Program-made: the position numbers and the translations under genes | Origin: Testudinibacter sp. TW-1 | GTDB lineage: Bacteria; Pseudomonadota; Gammaproteobacteria; Enterobacterales; Pasteurellaceae | Reading direction: 5' to 3' | NCBI RefSeq assembly: GCF_050613185.1 | Contig: NZ_CP192511.1 | Location: forward strand, 229,721-253,720 | DNA length: 24,000 bases | Notes under the pieces: model-generated | The model's input: only the letters and a program-made list of their open reading frames with translations | What the model was told of the DNA's origin: nothing | Databases searched by the model: none | Part shown: positions 1-7,989 of the stretch, piece after piece | Layout: every line of letters starts with the position of its first letter | Position numbering within the stretch: position 1 is the first letter of the stretch

Positions 1-518
1 ACTTAAAGCTGTATATGAACTCGTCGCAAGGGGCAAGCGAAGGCTTCTACGCCGGACGGATTTCACAACAAATGCTGCAAGAACTCGTGCCGAATATCGC
101 CGATTGCACCGTATTAACCTGCGGCCCGGAAAGCTATATGCAGCACATTCGCGACATCAGCGAGCAACTCGGCGTGCCGCAAGAGCGCTTCTTCCTCGAA
201 CAGTTCCACTCTTCGACCGAAGTTTGCATGAGCGACAACAGCAAGCAAGTCGGTTTAACCGTGTACGGCATTATCGGCGAGCAAACCGTTTCCGTACCGT
301 TTGGCATTTCATTATTAAGCGCATTGGAAGAGAATAACATTCCGGTAATCGCCGCCTGCCGCACCGGTATTTGCGGTTCATGCAAAACCAAAGTGCTACA
401 AGGCGAATATGAAACCAGCACCACCGGTCCGTTAACGGCGCAAGAAATCGCACAAGGTTATGTGCTGGCGTGCAGTTGCCAAATTAAAGGCAATATGCAA
501 GTCGAGCCGGTGATTTAA
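1..518 (+). CDS. hcr: 3' part of an Hcr-like NADH oxidoreductase (FNR-type reductase with a C-terminal plant-type 2Fe-2S ferredoxin domain). The 5' end lies outside the window.
   Basis: The frame is open from the window edge (codons in phase with position 3) and ends at TAA 516-518. The C-terminus carries CRTGICGSC...LACSC (C-x4-C-x2-C...C, a 2Fe-2S motif). VLTCGPESYM resembles the end of an NAD-binding domain. The overall tail resembles E. coli Hcr as I recall it. Confidence 0.7.
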   Translation, partial: LKLYMNSSQGASEGFYAGRISQQMLQELVPNIADCTVLTCGPESYMQHIRDISEQLGVPQERFFLEQFHSSTEVCMSDNSKQVGLTVYGIIGEQTVSVPFGISLLSALEENNIPVIAACRTGICGSCKTKVLQGEYETSTTGPLTAQEIAQGYVLACSCQIKGNMQVEPVI

Positions 519-536
519 GCGGTTATTGATGACATC

Positions 537-558
537 AAGTGCGGTGTAAACCGCACTT
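537..558 (+). terminator. Inverted USS pair forming a 9-bp stem with a 4-nt loop, just downstream of hcr
   Basis: AAGTGCGGT (537-545), loop gtaa, ACCGCACTT (550-558), followed by tta. It starts 19 nt after the hcr stop. Inverted USS pairs are known to act as terminators in Haemophilus-type genomes. The T-tract is weak. Confidence 0.5.
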
Positions 559-761
559 TAGATTGCTGACAAACTGACTTCTCTTCCTCCGCATGCGGAG
601 GGAGTACCATTTTTCGTAAGAAAAATGGGGAGGGAGGGGTAATATGAACATGCAACATATTCATTTTTAAACTGATTTATGCCTCCCTCCATCCTTCGGA
701 CACATCCCTCCGTATACGGAGGGAGGGAAATTATGAGAAAAGAGACTTTGTCATCAGCCTG

Positions 762-783
762 AAGTGCCGTTTACACCGCACTT
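762..783 (-). terminator. Degenerate inverted USS hairpin downstream of the minus-strand YwiC-like gene
   Basis: AAGTGCCGT (762-770), loop ttac, ACCGCACTT (775-783). The 9-bp stem has one C-C mismatch. It lies 8 nt beyond the stop codon at 791. Confidence 0.4.
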
Positions 784-790
784 TACCCAA

Positions 791-1519
791 TCACCCGACT
801 AACAACAATCCAAATAAAAACAAAAAAGAAATCCCCATTTCAATCAGCCCGACTTGCTTCGGATTCAGCCGTTTACGCGGCATTACCCATAACGGGACGA
901 TGACGGCGCGCAGCAAGGCGGGGACAAAGCAAAGTGCGGTTTGCCAATCAAAATACGCGATTAACAACACACACAATACATGAAAAATGATCGAGGCTTG
1001 TAGATAACGCGGATCTTTGCGCTCGCGCAGAATGCTTTTGACATACAGCGTCGTGCCGACAAAAAACAAACTCGGATAAAGGAAAACCCGTGCGAGTTGC
1101 GGATCAAAAGTGCGGTCGGCAAAATAATACGCCGCCATGCCGGCAATACCGAAAATGACGATCGCCGCCAAATCATTGCCCAACGCGCGCTCGTTTTTTT
1201 GTTTGACGTAATAAACCGTCAACAAAGCAAACGGCAGCATTGCCAATAAAAAATAGAGCAATTGCCAATTATGCCATAATGCGGGAACAGAAAATAAAAG
1301 TGCGGTCAGCCCGTAACCGATCGCCCAAGTGCGGTTTTGTGCCAAATTCCGCCCTTTAAACAGATTAAAAAACGGATAAGTGAACAGGTACAAACACGCC
1401 CACGCCAATAACAAAAAAGCGTGCTGCCAAATGACCGTCGGTGATGACAGCATGCCGTATAAAAACGGCAACAGCGCCATCACGATTGCGCCGTGTTGGT
1501 TGGAAATCAATAGTTTCAT
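791..1519 (-). CDS. YwiC-like polytopic membrane protein (242 aa)
   Basis: Full ORF with multiple hydrophobic segments. The N-terminal NQHGAIVMALLPFLYG and the internal KQKNERALGNDLAAI and YVKSILRERKDPRY resemble the YwiC-like family as I recall it. The start overlaps the upstream stop as ATGA (1516-1519). Confidence 0.6.
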   Translation of the reverse strand: MKLLISNQHGAIVMALLPFLYGMLSSPTVIWQHAFLLLAWACLYLFTYPFFNLFKGRNLAQNRTWAIGYGLTALLFSVPALWHNWQLLYFLLAMLPFALLTVYYVKQKNERALGNDLAAIVIFGIAGMAAYYFADRTFDPQLARVFLYPSLFFVGTTLYVKSILRERKDPRYLQASIIFHVLCVLLIAYFDWQTALCFVPALLRAVIVPLWVMPRKRLNPKQVGLIEMGISFLFLFGLLLVG

Positions 1520-2466
1520 TTTGCGTCTACGTTGGCTTTTTTCTCTTTTAACGCGGCGAAAAATGTCGCCAAAATCGGACCGGAAACATTATGCCAAAAG
1601 CTGAAGACCGCACTTGGTACCGCCGCCAGCGGATTAAAATGCGCATTGGCTAACGCCGCCCCCAAACCGGAATTTTGCATACCGACTTCAATCGAAACCG
1701 CTTTGCTGTCATAAGTGCTGAGCTTGAACAATTTGGCGGCGAAGAAGCCAATCAAGTAGCCTAACCCGTTGTGCAGCACCACGATCCCAAAAATAATCAA
1801 CCCCGATTCGATAATTTTATCTTTGCTGACCGCCACCACCGCCGACAAAATCAACACAATCGCAATCACGGACAACAACGGCATACTTTGACTCAGTTGC
1901 GCCATTTGCTTTTTGAACAATGCACGCACCACCAAGCCCAAGAAAATCGGGAACAGTACCATTTTCAACACTGACACAAACATCGCGCCGGCATCAATAT
2001 CCAGCCACTGGCTTGCCAAAACATAAAACACCGCTGGCGTTAAAATCGGGGCAAGCAGGGTTGAAACCGTGGTGCAAGCGACCGAAAGTGCGGTATTGCC
2101 GCGCGCCAGATAGGTCATCACATTGGACGAAGTACCGCCCGGACAGGAACCGACCAAAATCACGCCAATCGCCAAATCGGTCGGCAAGGCAAAGCCTTTT
2201 GCCAAACCGAAAGCGATCGCCGGCATAATCACAAACTGACCGAGCACGCCGATGACAACCGATTTCGGATGGCGCACCACTTCGCCGAAATCGTTAAAAG
2301 TCAGCGTAATTCCCATGCCAAACATCACGATTCCCAATAAATACGGAATATAGGCGACAAAAGGGACAAAATATGCGGGAAATTGGAAAGCCAAAAAAGC
2401 GAATAACAACACCCAAACGGCGAAGGTTTTGCTGATAAAATGATTTAATTTGCGTAAGACTTGCAT
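1516..2466 (-). CDS. Bile acid:sodium symporter family (ASBT/BASS-like) transporter, 316 aa
   Basis: GSCPGGTSSNVMTYLARGNTALSVACTTVSTLLAPILTP is the signature region of the SBF/BASS family and is close to bacterial ASBT homologues. The protein is hydrophobic throughout. Confidence 0.85.
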   Translation of the reverse strand: MQVLRKLNHFISKTFAVWVLLFAFLAFQFPAYFVPFVAYIPYLLGIVMFGMGITLTFNDFGEVVRHPKSVVIGVLGQFVIMPAIAFGLAKGFALPTDLAIGVILVGSCPGGTSSNVMTYLARGNTALSVACTTVSTLLAPILTPAVFYVLASQWLDIDAGAMFVSVLKMVLFPIFLGLVVRALFKKQMAQLSQSMPLLSVIAIVLILSAVVAVSKDKIIESGLIIFGIVVLHNGLGYLIGFFAAKLFKLSTYDSKAVSIEVGMQNSGLGAALANAHFNPLAAVPSAVFSFWHNVSGPILATFFAALKEKKANVDAK

Positions 2467-2496
2467 GGAAAAATCTCTTGAAATGGAAAGAAATTG

Positions 2497-2525
2497 ACCA
2501 TAACAAAACTTTCAGATGATTTCAA
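2497..2525 (-). promoter_or_regulatory. Putative sigma-70 promoter for the BASS/YwiC-like gene pair
   Basis: On the minus strand: TTGAAA (2525-2520), a 17-nt spacer, then the extended -10 TGtTATGGT (2505-2497), about 30 nt upstream of the ATG at 2466. This is pattern-based only. Confidence 0.35.
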
Positions 2526-2568
2526 TTCTCACTAAGAGGAATTTTTCCGCCAATGCTTTTGCCCTCGG

Positions 2569-3054
2569 CTAAAGCGCTAACAGCATTTCATGCCATAGTA
2601 CACCACCGTGCTTGAAGGCTGACGGTTTGAGGTAGCGGTAACCGAATTTTTCATAGAACGTGATATATTGCGCTTTACACATCAGATAAATCGCCCGTTT
2701 TCGCCGGCTGCGCATAAGCTCGATAAACTGCCGCATTAAGCGCGCCGCATAACCGCGACCCTGATAGCACGGATCCACCGCCACCGACATAATCACCACG
2801 TTCGGCGCCGCCGGATCATGCCCGATCAACTGTTTAAACTGCTCATCGGACATCACCACCTCTTCGGCACACCCGCTATTAATAAAACCGATAATCCCAT
2901 TCTCCGTTTCCATCAATAGAAAACCATCAGGATATTGTGCGATCCGGAGTGCAATCTTTTCACGCGTCGCAGCTTCATCTGCCGCATAAGCGCTCGCTTC
3001 AATGGCAAAGCAGCGATCAATATCCGCCATGGCCGCCTGTCTGAATGTCAGCAT
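2569..3054 (-). CDS. GNAT-family N-acetyltransferase, 161 aa
   Basis: Contains the acetyl-CoA-binding motif A (VDPCYQGRGYAARLMRQF). A strong SD (GGAGGAGG) precedes the ATG. It begins 31 nt downstream of mnmE with no terminator visible between them. Confidence 0.8.
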   Translation of the reverse strand: MLTFRQAAMADIDRCFAIEASAYAADEAATREKIALRIAQYPDGFLLMETENGIIGFINSGCAEEVVMSDEQFKQLIGHDPAAPNVVIMSVAVDPCYQGRGYAARLMRQFIELMRSRRKRAIYLMCKAQYITFYEKFGYRYLKPSAFKHGGVLWHEMLLAL

Positions 3055-3085
3055 GGTTCCTCCTCCAAGTTAGTTTGCAAGCGCG

Positions 3086-4447
3086 TTATTTACCGATACA
3101 AAACGAACTGAAAATATTGCTCAGCAAATCATCGGAGGTGAATTGTCCGGTGATTTCGCTTAAAGCGTCTTGCACCATGCGCAGCTCCTCCGCCAACAAC
3201 TCCCCGGCGTGAAATTGGGTCAGTTGGATATGCCCGCGTTGTAAGTGTTCACTTGCCGCAGACAAGGCTTCCAAATGGCGACGGCGAGCCAAGAAGCCGC
3301 CTTCGGTCACGGTTTGATAGCCCATTGACTGTTTCAGGTGATCGCGCAACAAGTCAATACCGCACTTGGTTTTTGCCGACAAGCGGATAATGGTGTAACC
3401 GTCGTGTTGTTCAACCCCTTCCGCTTCGCCGCTCAAATCGGCTTTATTGCGAATCACGGTGATCGGCATTGTGCTTGGCAAACGTTCGATAAATTCCGCC
3501 CAAATTTTATGCGGATTCAGTTCCTGCGTGGTGGTACTGTCTATCATCAGCAACACATGATCCGCCTGTTCAATTTCCGTCCAAGCGCGATCAATCCCAA
3601 TCCGTTCCACTTCATCGGTTGCTTCGCGCAGCCCGGCGGTATCGATAATGTGCAGCGGCATACCGTCAATATGGATATGTTCACGCAACACATCACGGGT
3701 TGTGCCCGCAATATCGGTTACAATCGCCGCCTCGCGTCCGGCAAGGGCATTCAGCAAACTGGATTTGCCGGCATTCGGGCGCCCTGCGATCACCACTTTC
3801 ATGCCTTCTCGCAACAGCGAGCCTTGCTTCGCTTCCGCTTGCACCCCGTTTAATTGCTGAATAATTTGATTCAGATGTCCTTCGACCACGCCGTCGGCGA
3901 GAAAATCAATTTCTTCATCGGGAAAATCAATCGCCGCTTCAACGTAGGTACGCAGGTAAATCACCGCATCAACCAATTGATTGACTTTATTGGAAAATTC
4001 CCCTTGCAACGATTTCAACGCCGAACGTGCCGCCTGTTCCGAGCAGGCGTCGATTAAATCGGCAATCGCTTCCGCCTGAGCCAAATCCAGTTTATCATTT
4101 AAAAACGCCTGTTCGGAAAACTCGCCCGGGCGTGCAATGCGAATGCCGCCCAACTGCAAAATGCGTTTCAGCAGCAGATCCAACACCACCTGCCCGCCAT
4201 GCCCTTGCAGCTCCAACACATCTTCGCCGGTGAATGAATTGGGCGATTGAAAATACAGCGCAATGCCCTGATCTAAAATCGTACCGTCGCTGTCTTTAAA
4301 CGGCAGATAATCCGCCACTCTCGGCTTCGGGCATTTGCCCAACACCGCCTGCGCCACCTCAACCGCTCTCGGCCCCGAAACACGCAGAATCCCGATTCCG
4401 CCCCGCCCGGGCGCAGTGGCTTGGGCAACAATGGTTTCTTTGGTCAT
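3086..4447 (-). CDS. mnmE: tRNA modification GTPase MnmE (TrmE)
   Basis: [21 protein letters not shown] matches the MnmE N-terminus. G-domain motifs [13 protein letters not shown] and NKAD are present, and the protein ends in the characteristic CIGK. The ORF track starts at a TTG (4465). The ATG at 4447 has AAGGA 6 nt upstream and gives 453 aa. Confidence 0.95.
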   Translation of the reverse strand: MTKETIVAQATAPGRGGIGILRVSGPRAVEVAQAVLGKCPKPRVADYLPFKDSDGTILDQGIALYFQSPNSFTGEDVLELQGHGGQVVLDLLLKRILQLGGIRIARPGEFSEQAFLNDKLDLAQAEAIADLIDACSEQAARSALKSLQGEFSNKVNQLVDAVIYLRTYVEAAIDFPDEEIDFLADGVVEGHLNQIIQQLNGVQAEAKQGSLLREGMKVVIAGRPNAGKSSLLNALAGREAAIVTDIAGTTRDVLREHIHIDGMPLHIIDTAGLREATDEVERIGIDRAWTEIEQADHVLLMIDSTTTQELNPHKIWAEFIERLPSTMPITVIRNKADLSGEAEGVEQHDGYTIIRLSAKTKCGIDLLRDHLKQSMGYQTVTEGGFLARRRHLEALSAASEHLQRGHIQLTQFHAGELLAEELRMVQDALSEITGQFTSDDLLSNIFSSFCIGK

Positions 4448-4473
4448 AGTCATTCCTTGCAACAAAATAGAAC

Positions 4474-4504
4474 AAACCGCACTTTTACTATAAAAGTGCG
4501 GTTT
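4474..4504 (-). terminator. Inverted USS pair (13-bp stem, 5-nt loop) downstream of the yhfS-like gene and immediately upstream of mnmE
   Basis: AAACCGCACTTTT (4474-4486), loop actat, AAAAGTGCGGTTT (4492-4504). On the minus strand it is followed by an interrupted T-tract (gttctattttgtt). Confidence 0.55.
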
Positions 4505-4512
4505 CAGCCTAA

Positions 4513-4542
4513 ATTTTAGCGATAAAGATAACAGATTTTCAA
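4513..4542 (-). promoter_or_regulatory. Putative sigma-70 promoter for mnmE
   Basis: On the minus strand: TTGAAA (4542-4537), an 18-nt spacer, then TAAAAT (4518-4513). The predicted start site falls just before the USS hairpin. This is pattern-based only. Confidence 0.3.
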
Positions 4543-4559
4543 TTTAATTGAAGTCTATT

Positions 4560-5651
4560 TTATACCGACAACGCCGATAAGCTCTGTTTTAAAATCGTTA
4601 ATACGGTTTCTGCTCCGGCACGATTCGGGTTAATTCGGATCATTCGTTTTTCTAACGAAGGATCGGATTGGCGGAAAGTGCCGGAAACCCGATAAAACAA
4701 TGGCGGAACTTCATATTTTGATTCCGCACCGACAGGATAAGGCAGGGCGCCGAACCGAGTCGCAATTTGTAATACCTGTTCAGCAATTTCATCAAAAAAT
4801 TCGACAATCAATACTTTTGATTGCGCATTGACTAAAAATGCCGATTTTACTTGTGGAATAACCCCGTTATTAAGCCGTGCAACCAATTCGTCATTGACCT
4901 GTGCCTGAACCGCTTGCATCACCGGCGCAAAAACCAAGCCTCGCAATACTTCCATAGCCAAATGCCCCTGAATTTGACAACCGCCTGAATAGTGCGATTG
5001 CCGAATTTTTGTGATTGCGGCTGAATCGCCGACAACAACGCCGACACCTTCCGGTCCGAATAATTTAAAACTGGAAAATGTGGACAGGGTTGCTCCTAAT
5101 TCACAGCCAATATTCATCACTTTCATCACTGCATAATTATCATCAACCAAGGTCGGAATCTTTTTTTCCTGACAAAATGTCAGGATCTGCGCCAAATCAA
5201 AACGGTCCTGTGGTTGTTGCCGTGTATGCTGAACCAACACGGCATGCGGTTTGAAATATTCCAATGCCGTTTGAAACTGATCAAGCTGATTAAAATCAGC
5301 CTCAACAACCTCTAATCCCATCCGTTCAAACGTGGTTTTCGTCGTTGGATAAATCGGCGCCGTGTGGATTAAAATCCGTTGGTTGGCTTTTAATAATGCG
5401 GCTAAGCCTTCTCGGATTGCGCCGCTACCGGCACCCTGTACTAAAACCGCCGCTTCGGCTTGAAAAAAGTCGGCTATCGCTTTTTCAACAAGAAAGGTGG
5501 TTCTCGGTTGATTAAAACCGCACTTTAATCCGAGATCGGCCCCAAGTAAAAATTCACCGTCGGTAAAATGCCGTGTAATTGCCGCAACCAAATCAAACTG
5601 CTTTTGCATCGCTTGGGATAACGTCAGGCTTTGAAGCGGAAATGTTTTCAT
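4560..5651 (-). CDS. yhfS: YhfS-like fold-type I PLP-dependent enzyme (aminotransferase/SelA-like), 363 aa
   Basis: Size and context match E. coli YhfS (about 361 aa). Contains DDNYA and STFSSFKLFGPEG (candidate PLP lysine). A strong SD (GAGGGAGGA) lies 6 nt before the ATG. Confidence 0.75.
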   Translation of the reverse strand: MKTFPLQSLTLSQAMQKQFDLVAAITRHFTDGEFLLGADLGLKCGFNQPRTTFLVEKAIADFFQAEAAVLVQGAGSGAIREGLAALLKANQRILIHTAPIYPTTKTTFERMGLEVVEADFNQLDQFQTALEYFKPHAVLVQHTRQQPQDRFDLAQILTFCQEKKIPTLVDDNYAVMKVMNIGCELGATLSTFSSFKLFGPEGVGVVVGDSAAITKIRQSHYSGGCQIQGHLAMEVLRGLVFAPVMQAVQAQVNDELVARLNNGVIPQVKSAFLVNAQSKVLIVEFFDEIAEQVLQIATRFGALPYPVGAESKYEVPPLFYRVSGTFRQSDPSLEKRMIRINPNRAGAETVLTILKQSLSALSV

Positions 5652-5680
5652 TTACTATCCTCCCTCAATTTATTGCTGTT

Positions 5681-6544
5681 CTATTGCAAAATACGGTTTG
5701 GATTGTGCTGTAAAATAATTTCAATATCCGCTTCCGCCACCCCGCGTTCAAATAATAACGGGATAAACCGTTCGAACAAATAAGCATAACCAATGCCCCC
5801 ATTTGCTCTCAAATGCGACTTGCGCGTGATATCCATTGAAAGTAATAATTGTTGCCGATAACCGCACTTGACAGCCTGACTGAATAAATCAGCCCTAAGT
5901 TCGTCCGACTGATAATTTAACTTTCCAATCGTATCGAATTCAACATAAGCCCCCCGGTCTAACAAACGGAATAAATAATCCCGATCACCGGCTAAATCGG
6001 TATGCCCGATGATAACACGTTCTGAACTCAGCCCCATTTGCACGAATAAATCTAATTGTTCCTCGCCGAAGCGCCCTAATGATGTGTGCGTTGTCACGCA
6101 TTTACCGGTAGCCAGCGCCGCAAGTGCGGCCGCTTGTAATAAACGGTATTCATCGGGACTAATCCGCTCAAATCCACTTCCCACTTCACCGATAATACCG
6201 GCTTTACGCCCGCTATTTTCAATGCCTTGCTCAATTTCATCGATAAAGCGTTGAGCAATTTGCTCGGTGGTTTGCCGATAAAACCAATCAGGCAAAAACG
6301 GGGCTTTATAACAACCGGTTGCAGAAACAATCTCAAGACCGCTTTGCTGCTGAATCTGTTCCACATACGGAATATTTCGCCCCATGCCGATATTGGTAAC
6401 ATCAACAATACGCTCAACTCCGAGTGTTTTCAGATAGTTAAACTCTTCAATCATTAACTCAAAACGGTCTAACAGACAATCATCATTATTTTTGACTTTC
6501 GATAAATCCAAATAAATGTGTTCGTGCATTAAGGTGTAGCCCAT
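5681..6544 (-). CDS. php: Phosphotriesterase homology protein (amidohydrolase superfamily, binuclear metal centre)
   Basis: GYTLMHEHIYLDLS matches the Php/PTE N-terminal HxH metal motif (E. coli Php has GYTLAHEH). The track start is a TTG at 6568. The ATG at 6544 is preceded by AAGGGGGAG and gives 287 aa (E. coli Php is about 292 aa). Confidence 0.85.
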   Translation of the reverse strand: MGYTLMHEHIYLDLSKVKNNDDCLLDRFELMIEEFNYLKTLGVERIVDVTNIGMGRNIPYVEQIQQQSGLEIVSATGCYKAPFLPDWFYRQTTEQIAQRFIDEIEQGIENSGRKAGIIGEVGSGFERISPDEYRLLQAAALAALATGKCVTTHTSLGRFGEEQLDLFVQMGLSSERVIIGHTDLAGDRDYLFRLLDRGAYVEFDTIGKLNYQSDELRADLFSQAVKCGYRQQLLLSMDITRKSHLRANGGIGYAYLFERFIPLLFERGVAEADIEIILQHNPNRILQ

Positions 6545-6557
6545 TATCTCCCCCTTA

Positions 6558-7895
6558 TTACAATCCAACGAGGCTTAAGACATTGGCAACAATTCCAACA
6601 ATAATCGTGGCGACCGGTCCAATTGCCATCTCGACCAAAGGACGTTTTGACGTGCGGTTAAGCAAGTAAATTCCGGCAACAATCATAAAGCCCATGCCCG
6701 GCAAAATCGCATTGGACGCGATCATACCGCCGACCAACAAAGATACTTCGAGCATTTTGGTAATGGCGGTACGGATATGATCGCCACAGGCTTTTACGCC
6801 GGGATATTTATCTAACCACAACGCAAGTTGCGCTAAAAACCGCACTTCTGCCAACATAATCACCACACCGGCAATAAAGGCTAAAATCGGATTATCTAAC
6901 GCCAACCCTGCCACAAAAACAAATTTCATACCGTCAGGAGAATAAACGCCGGTTGCGATTGCCGTTGTGCCGACAAGCGGAATAAAGCCGATCGCCCTTG
7001 CCAATGAAACTAAGGTTGCGCTGGTTTGCTGATCTTGCGCCATTAATTGTAGCGACACCGGACCTTCGGCTAATAAGCTGAATGACATGGTTGCCGCCAC
7101 TGCGGTTAAACCACCGCTTAATGAAAGAAGCAACCAATTTTTTTGAATACGTTTTACACGTTCAGAGAATAAACCCAGTAACATTTCATTACTGCCTTTT
7201 TCGCCGTCCGCCAAAGGTTTTGCTTTTTCACGCATTGCAAAATAAAACATCGCAATCATTGAAAAGAGCAACGCCACCCCGTTCGGATCGATTTTCACCG
7301 GCTTCAAGGTTTCATCGCTAAACTGAATTTCACCAAATGATTTGGTTAAGGCATAACCGATAATAGTAGCAATTAAAACCCAAATGCCCTTTTTATAACC
7401 ATATTGATAAGACACAACCAATGCCGGGAAAATAGCAAAACAGGCAATAATCGGATCACCGACTTTACTCAGGGAGCTAATAAAATTCACCGGCATCATC
7501 GCAAACAATTCCACTACCGATTTTAAACCGACCATTAATCCAAGTGCATATATTGCGCCTAAAACCCCGGAAAGGATAAATCCTTTGCGATTGTCCGGTG
7601 TCCATGTTCCGATAACATCTGTACCCAATAACAAGCTATGAACCAGAATGATCGGTGCAGTAAGCGAAAAGGGAATGCCAAAGCCAATCACCAAACCAAA
7701 ACTGAGTGCAAAACTGGTCGCTGCAAGGGCTTTTCTGCTCATTCGCCCTTCGACGTATTCAGGTACTAACGGACGTAATCCGTCGTGAAAAACCGCAATA
7801 CTGCGATTTGCCATCATAGCGGAAATTGCCCCGATAACCGCCATCAATATCAAATGCTGTAATGGAATTTCCATTAATTTAGTTAAAATTTCCAT
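6558..7895 (-). CDS. yhfT: YhfT-like polytopic inner-membrane transporter, 445 aa
   Basis: Hydrophobic throughout, with roughly 10-12 predicted TM segments by eye. AAGGAG lies 6 nt before the ATG. Size and position relative to the yhfU-like gene match E. coli YhfT (about 434 aa). Confidence 0.75.
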   Translation of the reverse strand: MEILTKLMEIPLQHLILMAVIGAISAMMANRSIAVFHDGLRPLVPEYVEGRMSRKALAATSFALSFGLVIGFGIPFSLTAPIILVHSLLLGTDVIGTWTPDNRKGFILSGVLGAIYALGLMVGLKSVVELFAMMPVNFISSLSKVGDPIIACFAIFPALVVSYQYGYKKGIWVLIATIIGYALTKSFGEIQFSDETLKPVKIDPNGVALLFSMIAMFYFAMREKAKPLADGEKGSNEMLLGLFSERVKRIQKNWLLLSLSGGLTAVAATMSFSLLAEGPVSLQLMAQDQQTSATLVSLARAIGFIPLVGTTAIATGVYSPDGMKFVFVAGLALDNPILAFIAGVVIMLAEVRFLAQLALWLDKYPGVKACGDHIRTAITKMLEVSLLVGGMIASNAILPGMGFMIVAGIYLLNRTSKRPLVEMAIGPVATIIVGIVANVLSLVGL

Positions 7896-7989
7896 AGGTT
7901 ACTCCTTCAACTCCGGTCTGAAAGACAGAATTGATTATCAGGACATGACCACAAACCTGAATGTCAATATTTGTCTCTTTCGTTCATTA

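Larger units (their letters stand above)
537..783. repeat. Composite imperfect palindromic intergenic element bounded by two USS hairpins and built on GGAGGGAGG/CCTCCCTCC motifs
   Basis: Perfect palindromes occur at 586-601 (CCTCCGCATGCGGAGG) and 705-724 (TCCCTCCGTATACGGAGGGA). A hairpin at 607-628 has an 8-bp stem. GGAGGGAGG at 629-637 is complementary to CCTCCCTCC at 682-690. The arms are related in inverted orientation: GCTGACAAA at 565-573 versus TTTGTCATCAGC at 747-758. Confidence 0.6.

Noticed and set aside
644-762. Micro-ORFs at 644-670 and 733-762 have strong SD-like sequences inside the palindromic element.
   Set aside because: I did not annotate them as genes. The SD-like sequences are by-products of the GGAGGGAGG repeat and would be sequestered in hairpins. 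There is no downstream plus-strand gene, and at 8-9 codons there is no way to assess coding from sequence alone. They are mentioned in the element finding only.
3338-3853. A 171-aa plus-strand ORF (with neighbours at 3648-3860, 3854-4057 and 4027-4233) lies opposite mnmE.
   Set aside because: It is antisense to a gene with unmistakable MnmE motifs. It has Arg/His/Phe-rich, low-information composition typical of shadow ORFs, and no SD or recognisable domain.
7934-7967. A perfect TTGACA (minus strand, 7967-7962) and a GATAAT (7939-7934) lie in the yhfU-yhfT gap and could form an internal promoter.
   Set aside because: The spacer between the hexamers is 22 nt, too long for a sigma-70 promoter, and no better-spaced -10 was found.
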